This document shows, piece by piece, positions 17,491 to 26,486 of a stretch of 64,000 nucleotides of DNA (the stretch's first letter is position 1; each line of letters begins with the position of its first letter). A model generated the notes under the pieces. It had not been told where the DNA came from. It worked only from the letters and a program-made list of their open reading frames with translations, and did not search any database. Position numbers and translations under genes: made by a program. Source of the DNA: a virus; IMG/VR virus record IMGVR_UViG_3300031087_000001. One strand, 5' to 3'.

Positions 17491-19600
17491 ACCGCTAGAT
17501 CAGCGCCCGTCTAACGCGCGCCGTCCGAACCCTAGCCAGCCTGAGGTGTCGCAAGACACCCAGGAGCTGGTGCTGCCACCTGCCGAACGCATCCAACAAA
17601 TGGATAGCGAAGACGCGGTGTTCCTGATTAAGAAATCGAACCCCGGTTTTTCTTTTGCCCGCGCAGAGCAAGTGTACCAAGAACACTACGCTCTGCATCT
17701 GCAAGTAGAAGAACCGGTGTTGCAGCGTCCGGTCTTCCAGCAGGAAGAACCCCCGGCACCGCCTTCCTCTGCGCAGCCAGCGAGGCACGAGGAGGTCAAC
17801 CCGATTCATGCCCTTAAAGAAAAAGAGCTTCCGCCCGCACTTGCCACACAGCCAGGTGGGTCGAACACCACAATCTTCGTGGAACCGAAACCCGAAGCCG
17901 CACCTGAACCTGTACCGCGTTCACCGGAACCCACGATAGTTCATCAGCATGTGCACCAGTCTGCGCCTGAGCAGAAAGAAACGCAGCCGGTAGATGCCAA
18001 ACCGTTTACCCCTCATGCGCCGGAAAAGCAGGAAGTGCGTCCTGACCATGAGAAGAACGCCGCCCCTCAGGTGAAGTCCACCGAGAGCGAGCGTGAGGTG
18101 AATTTCGGTAATCAACCGTATCAGCCGGAAATGGCCGAGCTGCCGCAGGACGATCGTGATGCAATCCTAACCGGTCTGCGTCGTCTGGTTGGCCCGATGC
18201 AAGACCCGAACCTGATTGGTAAGGACTTGCAACGTTTCTTCTCCAGTGTTAAGCGTTCACCGGATGACGGGCGTTTGCTGTTTGAAAGCGAAGAACAGCA
18301 ACAGCGTTATAGTCTGATTTATGCTGCGCTGAACATGACGCCACCGACGCTCCACAACACAGCCCAGGCTTTCGATATGGCGCTGTCGCGTGACGACACC
18401 CCATGGGAACAACGTGTTCGTCTGCCGGGCTTTGAAAAGCCTGCGGGTCTTATCTCACCGCGCGACAATATGCACAGCGGCCCGATTGCGGCTCTGCGTC
18501 GTCGCCGTAAGACCGGTATCCCGAACTCAGTGTGGTTACCGGCCACCGGCATCTACGTGGGCTTCCGTGCACCGAACGAGCGTGAGTTCTGCGATTTCGA
18601 TATGCAGTTGACGCTGGAAACGGCCACCATCGGGATGCAGACGTACGGTCTGATGCTGTCTTCTTCTTCGGGTGTCTACATCCGCCACATGGTAGAGTTC
18701 GCTCTGGGCTTTGTGACCGAGTGTACGCTCGACTGTGAAGGCAACGACATGAAGACCGTGCTGCTGGATAAGATTGATATCGCTGACTACTGGTTAGTGA
18801 TTCTCGGTCCGATTCAGGCGAAGTTCCCAGCAGGTCTGCCGTGGACGCTGGTCTGTGGTCACGACGGTTGTGGGCATCAGCAAGATGTGAAGCTGAACAT
18901 TGCACGCTGTATCCGCATGGGTACCAGCCTGTACACTGACCTGCAACGTAACCTGTGGGCACATCAGCGTGGTGTCGATGACTACACCATCACACAGGCA
19001 CAACAAGCCGAGTTCGTGAACCAGCACCTCAAAGACCCGTCTGCGGTGTTTGAACGTGACGGTGTTACCGTAACCTTCGGTCGCTGCACCCTGGGTGACT
19101 TCTTTGACCACACCGAAACCTGGATGTCTGACATCAATGCCTCTACCACGGCTGCGCTGTCGTCTAACGGGACGGAACGTGAGAAAGAGAACCACATGCG
19201 CCTTACCGCAGAAACGCGTCGTCTGACCCGTTATGCGCACCTGGTGGAATCCATCACCGTGGTGGAAGAACGCACTGTGGACGGGGAAACCGTACAGACC
19301 ACGGAAACCGAACGCGACTACGCGAAGATTGTCAAGATGCTCGAAGAGTTATCACCTGACCGTCTGTACGTAGCTGAGTTCGAAGCGGCTATCGCCAACT
19401 ACAACGAGCGTTCTCGTTTGGCTGTGTTCGGGTACATGGGACAGAAATGTTCCCAGTGTGGTGGTGACCATGGCGGGGAGAAAGAAGGCCCGTACCGTGG
19501 TATCGTTACCATTTCACCGGACAGGGTTTTTTTCGAGCTCTCTCGAGTGGTGTCCGAGATTCAGAAGTATCTGCTCAGACAATACGGCGTTACTGGCTAG
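17483..19600 (+). CDS. Hypothetical protein (705 aa): Pro/Glu/Gln-rich N-terminal region plus Cys-cluster domain
   Basis: ATG 17483 (GAGGAAGCTGCAC upstream) overlaps the upstream stop (ATGTCTGA). The first ~230 aa are P/E/Q-rich. Cys clusters are CGHDGCGH...C and CSQCGGDHGG. Confidence 0.8.
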   Translation: MSEPLDQRPSNARRPNPSQPEVSQDTQELVLPPAERIQQMDSEDAVFLIKKSNPGFSFARAEQVYQEHYALHLQVEEPVLQRPVFQQEEPPAPPSSAQPARHEEVNPIHALKEKELPPALATQPGGSNTTIFVEPKPEAAPEPVPRSPEPTIVHQHVHQSAPEQKETQPVDAKPFTPHAPEKQEVRPDHEKNAAPQVKSTESEREVNFGNQPYQPEMAELPQDDRDAILTGLRRLVGPMQDPNLIGKDLQRFFSSVKRSPDDGRLLFESEEQQQRYSLIYAALNMTPPTLHNTAQAFDMALSRDDTPWEQRVRLPGFEKPAGLISPRDNMHSGPIAALRRRRKTGIPNSVWLPATGIYVGFRAPNEREFCDFDMQLTLETATIGMQTYGLMLSSSSGVYIRHMVEFALGFVTECTLDCEGNDMKTVLLDKIDIADYWLVILGPIQAKFPAGLPWTLVCGHDGCGHQQDVKLNIARCIRMGTSLYTDLQRNLWAHQRGVDDYTITQAQQAEFVNQHLKDPSAVFERDGVTVTFGRCTLGDFFDHTETWMSDINASTTAALSSNGTEREKENHMRLTAETRRLTRYAHLVESITVVEERTVDGETVQTTETERDYAKIVKMLEELSPDRLYVAEFEAAIANYNERSRLAVFGYMGQKCSQCGGDHGGEKEGPYRGIVTISPDRVFFELSRVVSEIQKYLLRQYGVTG

Positions 19601-19611
19601 ACCACGAAGAA

Positions 19612-20022
19612 GTGCCGTCCGACCAGATAATCACGACTCTCAAGCTAGACACCACCTCACTGTTCAAACAACGCAGTACCCGCCCCATCACGTATCAAGA
19701 AGCCCACAACGAACTGTTGGAAGCCTACGATGCGACGCTGGGGCTGGATACCGGTGAAAGCCATATCGGGATGTCGGAATTTGAAAACCCGGTAATGGGC
19801 AGTCTGTATGAAATCTGGTATGCCACGTACTTACGTGAGCAAATTGGAGAACACTTCCGTCTCTCGTTCGATGAGTTTCTCAACCGTCCGCGCTGGCAGA
19901 TTATGATCATGCTGGAAGCGGTACGTCGCCGCATGGCTATCTTGAATAAAGATATTCAGCAGCAACTCGATGAGAACAAAGAGATGCGTGGTTTGGAAAA
20001 AGAAATGCAGGGTCGTACCTAA
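19612..20022 (+). CDS. Hypothetical protein (136 aa)
   Basis: GTG start taken from the ORF track; the Shine-Dalgarno is weak and the first in-frame ATG is 53 codons in. A strong terminator follows. Confidence 0.6.
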   Translation: MPSDQIITTLKLDTTSLFKQRSTRPITYQEAHNELLEAYDATLGLDTGESHIGMSEFENPVMGSLYEIWYATYLREQIGEHFRLSFDEFLNRPRWQIMIMLEAVRRRMAILNKDIQQQLDENKEMRGLEKEMQGRT

Positions 20023-20056
20023 GGGGGCTTCGGCCCCTTTTTCTTTTCTTTTTTTG
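20021..20056 (+). terminator. Rho-independent terminator
   Basis: GGGGGC-UUCG-GCCCC stem-loop followed by a long T-rich run. Confidence 0.9.
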
Positions 20057-20092
20057 CCTTGGTATGAATCCTCCAAAGTCCTGGAACCCACC

Positions 20093-20956
20093 ATGATTGA
20101 CATTTATACCGACTACGCGGCCGTCCTGACGGTCAACCGCCACGAAGACCGGGCAGCGCCGATGCTAGACTTAGTTACCCTCGGTATTGATTACGGTTAT
20201 GATGTGGCCTTAAGCGACGTGTATTTCGAACCGTCTGCTGACCCGGCCGATGAAACCATCCGGTTAGAAGGCATCATTGTAAAATGTGCTGTCGCCTTAG
20301 GCAACCGTTTGGGCGTGGCCTTGAATCCCCAAATCGTGTATCAAAAACCGAAAGAGACCGTGCGTATATTGCACGGATTGTTAGAAACCTTCGAAGACTT
20401 CGATGACAGCGACAGTCTCTACGGAATTGTGATGTCCGGTGAAACCCCGGAGTTCATTCTCGAGAACATGTGTCGTCTGGTGTACGGAGACAACAACCTA
20501 CACTTCGAAGACCTGATTGTTCGCGTTGGCCCACGGGTAATGACCGTGATGCGTAACTACCTGGCGGCTTCTGCGCTGGACGAACAAAAAGGCGATAACG
20601 ATTACCTGCGTATCGGCCGTATCGCGGCTTACCTGCGCGTATTCCCGCAGAACCCGTCAGCGTTTGTGTTCTTGAACCTGCCTCAGGAACCTGACCTGCA
20701 AGTGGTGCAACAATCCTTTACGTTTGACGAAGAAGAATACCCGGAAGATGAACTGCTGCTGATGTACAGCGTGGGTCTGTCGGTGATTCCTGCGGATACG
20801 TACGAGGATGCCTACGCGGCACTCGCGGGGAACTTAGAGAAGCTCAATACCGATGGCTACCCTACGCTACCAATTCTGGAACAGGGGATGGCTGCCCTGA
20901 AAACCATCTACGGTCATGACAACGTGACTGAGGAAGAGAATTATGAACAGGATTGA
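20093..20956 (+). CDS. Hypothetical protein (287 aa)
   Basis: The track ORF 19970-20956 is trimmed to ATG 20093 because 20021-20056 is a terminator. Acidic C-terminus. Confidence 0.75.
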   Translation: MIDIYTDYAAVLTVNRHEDRAAPMLDLVTLGIDYGYDVALSDVYFEPSADPADETIRLEGIIVKCAVALGNRLGVALNPQIVYQKPKETVRILHGLLETFEDFDDSDSLYGIVMSGETPEFILENMCRLVYGDNNLHFEDLIVRVGPRVMTVMRNYLAASALDEQKGDNDYLRIGRIAAYLRVFPQNPSAFVFLNLPQEPDLQVVQQSFTFDEEEYPEDELLLMYSVGLSVIPADTYEDAYAALAGNLEKLNTDGYPTLPILEQGMAALKTIYGHDNVTEEENYEQD

Positions 20957-22250
20957 GTACCTGGTCGCTGCCTGTCAAGCAGAAGCTTGGCGTCGACTGG
21001 TGTGGCGTATCGCGGTATTCAACGTGGCTATCTTTAATGAGGATGGCGAAGCGCCTGAGCAGTGGGACTTGACCTACATTGATGGCCTGCCACACTTCTG
21101 GGATATCCCGGTAGAAGGTGAGGATGCGAAGTGGGTACCGATTGAAGGGTGTAAAAAGGATGATGAGTTGTTCATCCCGGAAGAAACCTTTGAGTTGCGT
21201 CCAGATATGTATCCAGGCTTAGACGGTCCGATTGAAACCACCGTCGGGCGTTATGTCTTTAACTGGATTGTCATCTATTACGCGTTTGGTACTCGCCTGC
21301 CGTACATGGCCATCTCCAAGAACCCGTTGGAATACCAGAAAGAGATGTACCGTCGTTGTCTTGACCACGAAGACGATGAACCTGAGAACGACGGGGCCAT
21401 TCGTCCAAGCATGATAGGACGCTTTGTAGGCGGTCTACACGAGCTCGCACCGATGACCCGTGGGATTGCCGCCACAGGTACGTTACGATCGCTTACAACG
21501 CATCCTGATGCGTATAAGGTACGTGATGCGCTGCTTATCAAGCACAAAGACGAACTGGATAACCCGGCGGTCATTGTGCAGATTGAAAAAGCGCTGGACG
21601 AGCTGGACAAAGAGTGGTTATCCGGTGACCAATCGATTGAGTTCTATAACTCACCGAAGTCCCGTATGCGTCGTCGTAAACTGATGCTGATGTACGGTAT
21701 TCAGACGGCGTTTAAAGAGGGGAACGACTTCACCCTGATACCGACCAGTTTGATGGAGGTGGATGAAGGCGGGATGAAGAACCTGGTGGAGAAATTCAAC
21801 GATACCCGTGAAGGGTCATTCTCCCGTGGTGCGGAAACTGCCAAAGGGGGTGAACAGGTACGTATCATCCAGATGATCTTCCAGAACCACCGCATTGTCG
21901 CCGGTGACTGCGGTACCAAGTTAACCCACCCAGTGGTGATTAACATGGGTAACGTGTCGCGCTATGTAGGGATGAACGCCGTGATTAACGGTAAGCTCAC
22001 CCCACTTACCGAAGCGTATCTGAAAGAACAAATGGGTAAAGTGGTGCGTTTACGTCGCCCCATCTTATGTCAACTGGGCCACGTAGACTGCTGTTCTGCG
22101 TGCTCGTCTGCCCACAAAGCAGAAGAACCTCGCGCTATCGCCGCGGACATCTCCTCCGCGTTCTCGAACGTTATGACCAACGCGATGGGTGCAATGCACG
22201 GCCGTGAAACTGTCGTGCAAGAGTTTACACCGTTAATCCACATCACTTAA
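20943..22250 (+). CDS. Split multisubunit RNA polymerase, second beta-prime-like paralog, middle piece
   Basis: IETTVGRYVFNW matches the beta-prime TTVGR region. GAETAKGGEQVRIIQMIFQNHRIVAGDCGT is bridge-helix-like. CCSACSSAHKAEEPRAIAADISSAFSNVMTNAMGAMHG matches the start of the trigger loop. The ORF stops about 15 aa later. GAGGAAGAG Shine-Dalgarno. Confidence 0.8.
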   Translation: MNRIEYLVAACQAEAWRRLVWRIAVFNVAIFNEDGEAPEQWDLTYIDGLPHFWDIPVEGEDAKWVPIEGCKKDDELFIPEETFELRPDMYPGLDGPIETTVGRYVFNWIVIYYAFGTRLPYMAISKNPLEYQKEMYRRCLDHEDDEPENDGAIRPSMIGRFVGGLHELAPMTRGIAATGTLRSLTTHPDAYKVRDALLIKHKDELDNPAVIVQIEKALDELDKEWLSGDQSIEFYNSPKSRMRRRKLMLMYGIQTAFKEGNDFTLIPTSLMEVDEGGMKNLVEKFNDTREGSFSRGAETAKGGEQVRIIQMIFQNHRIVAGDCGTKLTHPVVINMGNVSRYVGMNAVINGKLTPLTEAYLKEQMGKVVRLRRPILCQLGHVDCCSACSSAHKAEEPRAIAADISSAFSNVMTNAMGAMHGRETVVQEFTPLIHIT

Positions 22251-22261
22251 GGATTATTACC

Positions 22262-22765
22262 ATGGCATCAACCGATATCAATACGCAGGACGAACGTCCT
22301 ACGGCTACCCAGCGTGCGGCTGTCTCTTACGGCCAGGATGACCAGCATCAGGTTAAGCTGATTACCACACAGCTGGACGAAGCAGGCGCGGCCGTTGGCC
22401 CAAACAAAGCCAAAGGTACCCAGGCAGAGAAAGACGCGTATAACAAGCTGCACAGCTCGTTCCGTGCGCTGTTTAATCTGCGTGGTCAGGCATTCCTCGA
22501 TGCGTTCTACGCATTCGTGGCAGCAGCCCAGAAGCATAAACGCGGTATCTTCTATCAACCGCTGGTTACCCGTTATGCGGAAGTGAACTTCCCGGACAGT
22601 AGCGAGCGCGAAGTGTTCGTGGTGTTCATCAACATGCTGGTACGTTTCGCCGGGGCCTCTGACAAGCGTCGTTGGCTTGAGCTGAACAAAGTCAGTCGTG
22701 TCACTGACCGCGTAACCGACCAGGAGCTGGCCTCACTGCTGGCTCATGCGTTCGGGGCGGCTTAA
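22262..22765 (+). CDS. Hypothetical protein (167 aa)
   Basis: AAGGA Shine-Dalgarno and biased codons. A bidirectional terminator follows. Confidence 0.85.
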   Translation: MASTDINTQDERPTATQRAAVSYGQDDQHQVKLITTQLDEAGAAVGPNKAKGTQAEKDAYNKLHSSFRALFNLRGQAFLDAFYAFVAAAQKHKRGIFYQPLVTRYAEVNFPDSSEREVFVVFINMLVRFAGASDKRRWLELNKVSRVTDRVTDQELASLLAHAFGAA

Positions 22766-22772
22766 ATAAAAG

Positions 22773-22811
22773 TACCCACTCCTTTGCGGGAGTGGGTATA
22801 CTTCTTTTTTT
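22773..22811. terminator. Bidirectional rho-independent terminator
   Basis: 10-bp stem TACCCACTCC/GGAGTGGGTA, with a T-run downstream and an A-run upstream. It lies between convergent genes. Confidence 0.9.
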
Positions 22812-22812
22812 G

Positions 22813-24603
22813 TCAAAAACCGTTGATGTATTCGATCGGGTCAGTAACTGTTTCACCTTGACGTACCAGGAAGGCGGTGAGTACCTGGTCTTTATCCGGC
22901 AAGCGGAAGAAGTCCGTGGCAATCTCCATCGCATTCACTCGCCCTGCGGTTAAGTTCACACCGGTACGACGACGTATCTCTTCGGAGACACCGGTGATAC
23001 TCAACAGCTCAATCAGGGTGGTTTCACGCGACTGGTTCATCATGTTGGTGGCTGACGGATAAGCCTGTGTTAAGTCTGCATCCGCCGTTTGACCACGGAA
23101 GGCCGAATGGAACACTGGAATCTCTTTCAAGATATTGTTCAATCCGTTCTCGGAGTTCATGCACGCTGTTAACGTAACAATCCATCCGTCCGTCCCGATA
23201 ACTTCCTCATCGAAGTCGTTACGCATCGCCTGACCCGTGCACCCAATGACCAGACTCGGGTTCTGTTCATACAGGTAATAGGTAAAGGCTACACAGATTC
23301 GTTTCGGCAGTGACGGGAAGATATCGTACATCGAGTAACCGGCGAGAATCGAGATTGCTGAGGACAAGTCATTAGTCTTTTTGTCCAACAACAAAATCAT
23401 CAGGTTATCGAAGATGTTGTACACGCTGTATTCCAGCGGATACTCCTTCTGCGCCCGTAAGTGCCACTCCAGTTTCTCTTCATACGGCAGTCCTGGGATA
23501 TCGAGTTTGTTTAAGCCAAGCTCACTATCCAGAATGGCGTTCAACTTGTATGACGGACGTTGCCCTTCGTGCACACGCAGCGAACGGAACAGACACATTG
23601 CATCCACAAAGTAGAACGACGCCACACAGTACAGAATGTGCCACTGCTGAGACGGGGCTTTAGTCAATGACTTGGACTCCGTCTTCTTCGAGGCTTCATC
23701 TTTCTTAAACCACACCTTACGATACTGCTTCGGCACCGACGGGTGACAGAACACATCTGCCGGGTCGATATTGTCACGCGCCAGTGCTTCTAACATACGT
23801 GAGATATCGAACTCGTGGTTCCAGGCAACCATCAGGTCGGGTAGCTTGGGATGAATCTCTTCGAACATCATCTGGATACAGTGGCCAGACGTTACCCCTT
23901 CGTGCGCATAGATGGTAAAGCCTGCTAATACGTCACGGGCCTTAACTTCCTCCTCACCGGTCTTCTTGTTCTTTTCACGGAACTCGATTTTGCACAGCAG
24001 TTCAGCTGCACGTTTACGCAGACGTTCTTCAAAGTTCTCCCGGCCACAACGTGCCAGGTAATCTTTGGTAGCGTAGAAGTGAATCTCATCGTCCAGCACA
24101 AAGCTCATCAGCCAGGGGTCACGCGAACCGTCTTCTTCGCGTGTTTCCACGTCGTAGATACACAGGCGGTTAGGTGTGACACTGTTTGGGTACTTCTTTA
24201 AATACTTCTGTTTAATCCAGCTCGTAATGGGAAGGTCTGCCCAATATACGTACGGACTGGTACATACCTGGCGCAGGCGTTTCTTCGGGTCAGGGAAACG
24301 CACCCCTAAACCGGCCTGAATGGCCATCGCCATTTTGACATCGGTGGTCATAAACTCTTGCGTCTTAGACCGTTCTTCGTATTCTTTTTTCTCTTGATGG
24401 TTACGGTGATTAGGCTGCGTTATGTAGATGGGACGCTTTAAGTTCTCACGTCCGAAGACCCGTGGAATCAGCCTGCCATCTTTAGTATGGATGACCTCTT
24501 TTACGAGGACAAAGTCGTTTTGCTTATCATCGTCTGTCGCATAAGCGACATGCTTGCACTCTTTAGCGATTACGTCCTCGGGTGCAAAATAGTTGTTGAT
24601 CAT
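22813..24603 (-). CDS. Family-B DNA polymerase, N-terminal part (3'-5' exonuclease domain plus motif A only)
   Basis: ExoI IYDVETRE, ExoII VAWNHEFDISRM, ExoIII YSVYNIFDNLM and polymerase motif A DADLTQAYPSA (DxxSLYPS) are present. Motifs B and C are absent. The track ORF (to 24981) is trimmed to ATG 24603 (GAGAGTGAAGCC upstream) because the extension overlaps the divergent gene. Confidence 0.75.
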   Translation of the reverse strand: MINNYFAPEDVIAKECKHVAYATDDDKQNDFVLVKEVIHTKDGRLIPRVFGRENLKRPIYITQPNHRNHQEKKEYEERSKTQEFMTTDVKMAMAIQAGLGVRFPDPKKRLRQVCTSPYVYWADLPITSWIKQKYLKKYPNSVTPNRLCIYDVETREEDGSRDPWLMSFVLDDEIHFYATKDYLARCGRENFEERLRKRAAELLCKIEFREKNKKTGEEEVKARDVLAGFTIYAHEGVTSGHCIQMMFEEIHPKLPDLMVAWNHEFDISRMLEALARDNIDPADVFCHPSVPKQYRKVWFKKDEASKKTESKSLTKAPSQQWHILYCVASFYFVDAMCLFRSLRVHEGQRPSYKLNAILDSELGLNKLDIPGLPYEEKLEWHLRAQKEYPLEYSVYNIFDNLMILLLDKKTNDLSSAISILAGYSMYDIFPSLPKRICVAFTYYLYEQNPSLVIGCTGQAMRNDFDEEVIGTDGWIVTLTACMNSENGLNNILKEIPVFHSAFRGQTADADLTQAYPSATNMMNQSRETTLIELLSITGVSEEIRRRTGVNLTAGRVNAMEIATDFFRLPDKDQVLTAFLVRQGETVTDPIEYINGF

Positions 24604-24675
24604 GGCTTCACTCTCAAATCTGGTGGCTGCTATATTGATTTGCGGGTAGCGTAATTTTCTATTAAGGAACGTCAA

Positions 24676-26025
24676 ATGGGACACTGGCAAAGACACATTC
24701 GAACAGTGGCTGACGCGAAATTCGTCGCTGCTGAATCTATCCGTTTCCAGGATAAAAAGAAACTCGCCGAGTTGGCGGATATAGTTGGTAAATTCCGCGC
24801 GGCGGGGGACTTCTCTCCGGCGGGATATGATAGTTCTGGTGTGGCTGCCTGGGTTCTGAAAACCAATGGTCTGACTATCCTGTTTCGTAACGGCGCTGAA
24901 CTGGGCGTCGTGGACGCGGTCTTCGCCGGGGTAGAACCGCCGAAGCTCGATGCGAACAGCCCGATTGTCAGCAGCCTGCATCGTATTTACTACCAGGGCA
25001 ACAAAGACCTGGACGTCTACAGCAAGTTCATCAAAGAGAATGAGCTGAATGGCGAGTTCGACGATGCCAACGCCAAAATCTCCGGTGACATCAGTAAAGT
25101 GCCGTCCCCACTTTACGTGACGCCGAAAATGCTGACGTCTTTAGAACTGTCGGACTTAGAAGTGGCGTCGGTGATTCTCCATGAGGTGGGTCACGTCTAC
25201 TACTATTTCCGTACCCTGATGCGCACCCTGATTACGAACCTGTTAGCCGATGCGGCTGCAAACCGTATGATGGAAACCGAAGACCCGGTTGTGCGTCTGA
25301 AGATTGTCAAGGATGTTGAACGCATTCTGGACACCAAAGTGAACGAACCGGAAACCATTTGCAAAGAGTTCAAGAAAGAGAACATCTACATGCACCTGGT
25401 GACCCAGACGTTACTCGACCGTCCGTTTGTCACCGGTGGGCAAGGGTTTGCGAACCGTACCTGGGAACGTGCAGCCGATGACTTCGCTGCTCGCTTCGGT
25501 GCGGCACCGTATTTGGCATCTGCGCTGTACAAGATGGAAACCGACCGCTTCTATCTGTTCCGTAACCGCTCGTACATGAACTACGGCGTGCACCTGACAC
25601 TCGAGATGCTGGAGGTGGCGTATCTCATCGTGTCGTTTGCTTCACCGATTGGGATGCTGTTTGGTTCTATCACCCTGTTGTTCGGTCTGGTGATTAACGA
25701 CCCGGAAAACACCATCTACGATCCGCCGCAGGAACGTTTTGAATCGATGCGTCGTAACCTGGTGGAAGAACTCACCGTTCTGAAAGACAAAAACACCAAA
25801 GCGGCGAACGAACAGCGTAAGCGTATCCTCGACGGGATTGCTGCGGTGGACAATCTGCTTAAAACGGTGAAGGACAAAGACAACATCTATTCCTTCCTGA
25901 TGAGCACGTTGACCCCGGCTGGACGTCGTGAGCGTAAAGCGGTCGATTACCAACGTTCACTGGAACGTTACCTCTCCAACGATTTGCGTGTGGCCTCAGC
26001 GAAACTCAGCAACCTGGCCAGCTAA
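24676..26025 (+). CDS. HExxH zinc metallopeptidase-like membrane protein
   Basis: AAGGA Shine-Dalgarno. The motif VILHEVGHVYYYF is present. A hydrophobic stretch VAYLIVSFASPIGMLFGSITLLFGLVI lies downstream, reminiscent of M48/HtpX-type layout. Confidence 0.5.
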   Translation: MGHWQRHIRTVADAKFVAAESIRFQDKKKLAELADIVGKFRAAGDFSPAGYDSSGVAAWVLKTNGLTILFRNGAELGVVDAVFAGVEPPKLDANSPIVSSLHRIYYQGNKDLDVYSKFIKENELNGEFDDANAKISGDISKVPSPLYVTPKMLTSLELSDLEVASVILHEVGHVYYYFRTLMRTLITNLLADAAANRMMETEDPVVRLKIVKDVERILDTKVNEPETICKEFKKENIYMHLVTQTLLDRPFVTGGQGFANRTWERAADDFAARFGAAPYLASALYKMETDRFYLFRNRSYMNYGVHLTLEMLEVAYLIVSFASPIGMLFGSITLLFGLVINDPENTIYDPPQERFESMRRNLVEELTVLKDKNTKAANEQRKRILDGIAAVDNLLKTVKDKDNIYSFLMSTLTPAGRRERKAVDYQRSLERYLSNDLRVASAKLSNLAS

Positions 26026-26042
26026 ACTAAAAGGGTATTGTC

Positions 26043-26486
26043 ATGACTCACAAAGTCTCCTTGAACTCGTTAGTTCTCGATTTTAAACGCACCAACGAAG
26101 GCAAAGGCGTGCAGGCACAGCGTGCACTGACGGGCCTGGTAGCGTTCTCTCTGGCATATGCTGCTGACCTGCCGAACAACGGCCCGATGGGTGCGTCGGA
26201 GGTGGTTAACATCAAACTGCGCCCCATCATGCGCGATATCGTTTCCGATGTGAACGAGCTGTACTGCGTTGACCTCGGCACTATCGAAGACCTGACCGTG
26301 GGCCTGTTCTGTAACCGCTATGCCCAGGTCTGGGGTGGGCGTTTCGCGCTGGAGACCTTCTCCATCAAACAAATCTTTGCAGATGCGATCGGCGAAGACG
26401 TGTGGGAAACTGTGGGCCTGTGGATTGAACGCTTCACCGAAGCGGTTAACTTCTACATCGCCGAAACGCGAGGTCAGATTTCATGA
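26043..26486 (+). CDS. Hypothetical protein (147 aa)
   Basis: ORF with a modest Shine-Dalgarno. ATGA overlap with the next gene. Confidence 0.75.
   Translation: MTHKVSLNSLVLDFKRTNEGKGVQAQRALTGLVAFSLAYAADLPNNGPMGASEVVNIKLRPIMRDIVSDVNELYCVDLGTIEDLTVGLFCNRYAQVWGGRFALETFSIKQIFADAIGEDVWETVGLWIERFTEAVNFYIAETRGQIS

Noticed and set aside
1144-20092. Upstream extensions of track ORFs 1144-1704, 2275-3546, 4404-5111 and 19970-20956
   Set aside because: The extensions run through terminator hairpins (1274-1300, 20021-20056) or through the end of the upstream gene. Internal ATGs with SD sequences fit better.
24604-24981. N-terminal 126-aa extension of the polymerase ORF (track start 24981)
   Set aside because: The extension overlaps the well-signalled divergent gene starting at 24676 and has no SD. 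ATG 24603 has a GAGAGTGAAGCC SD, and the polymerase-like sequence begins there.
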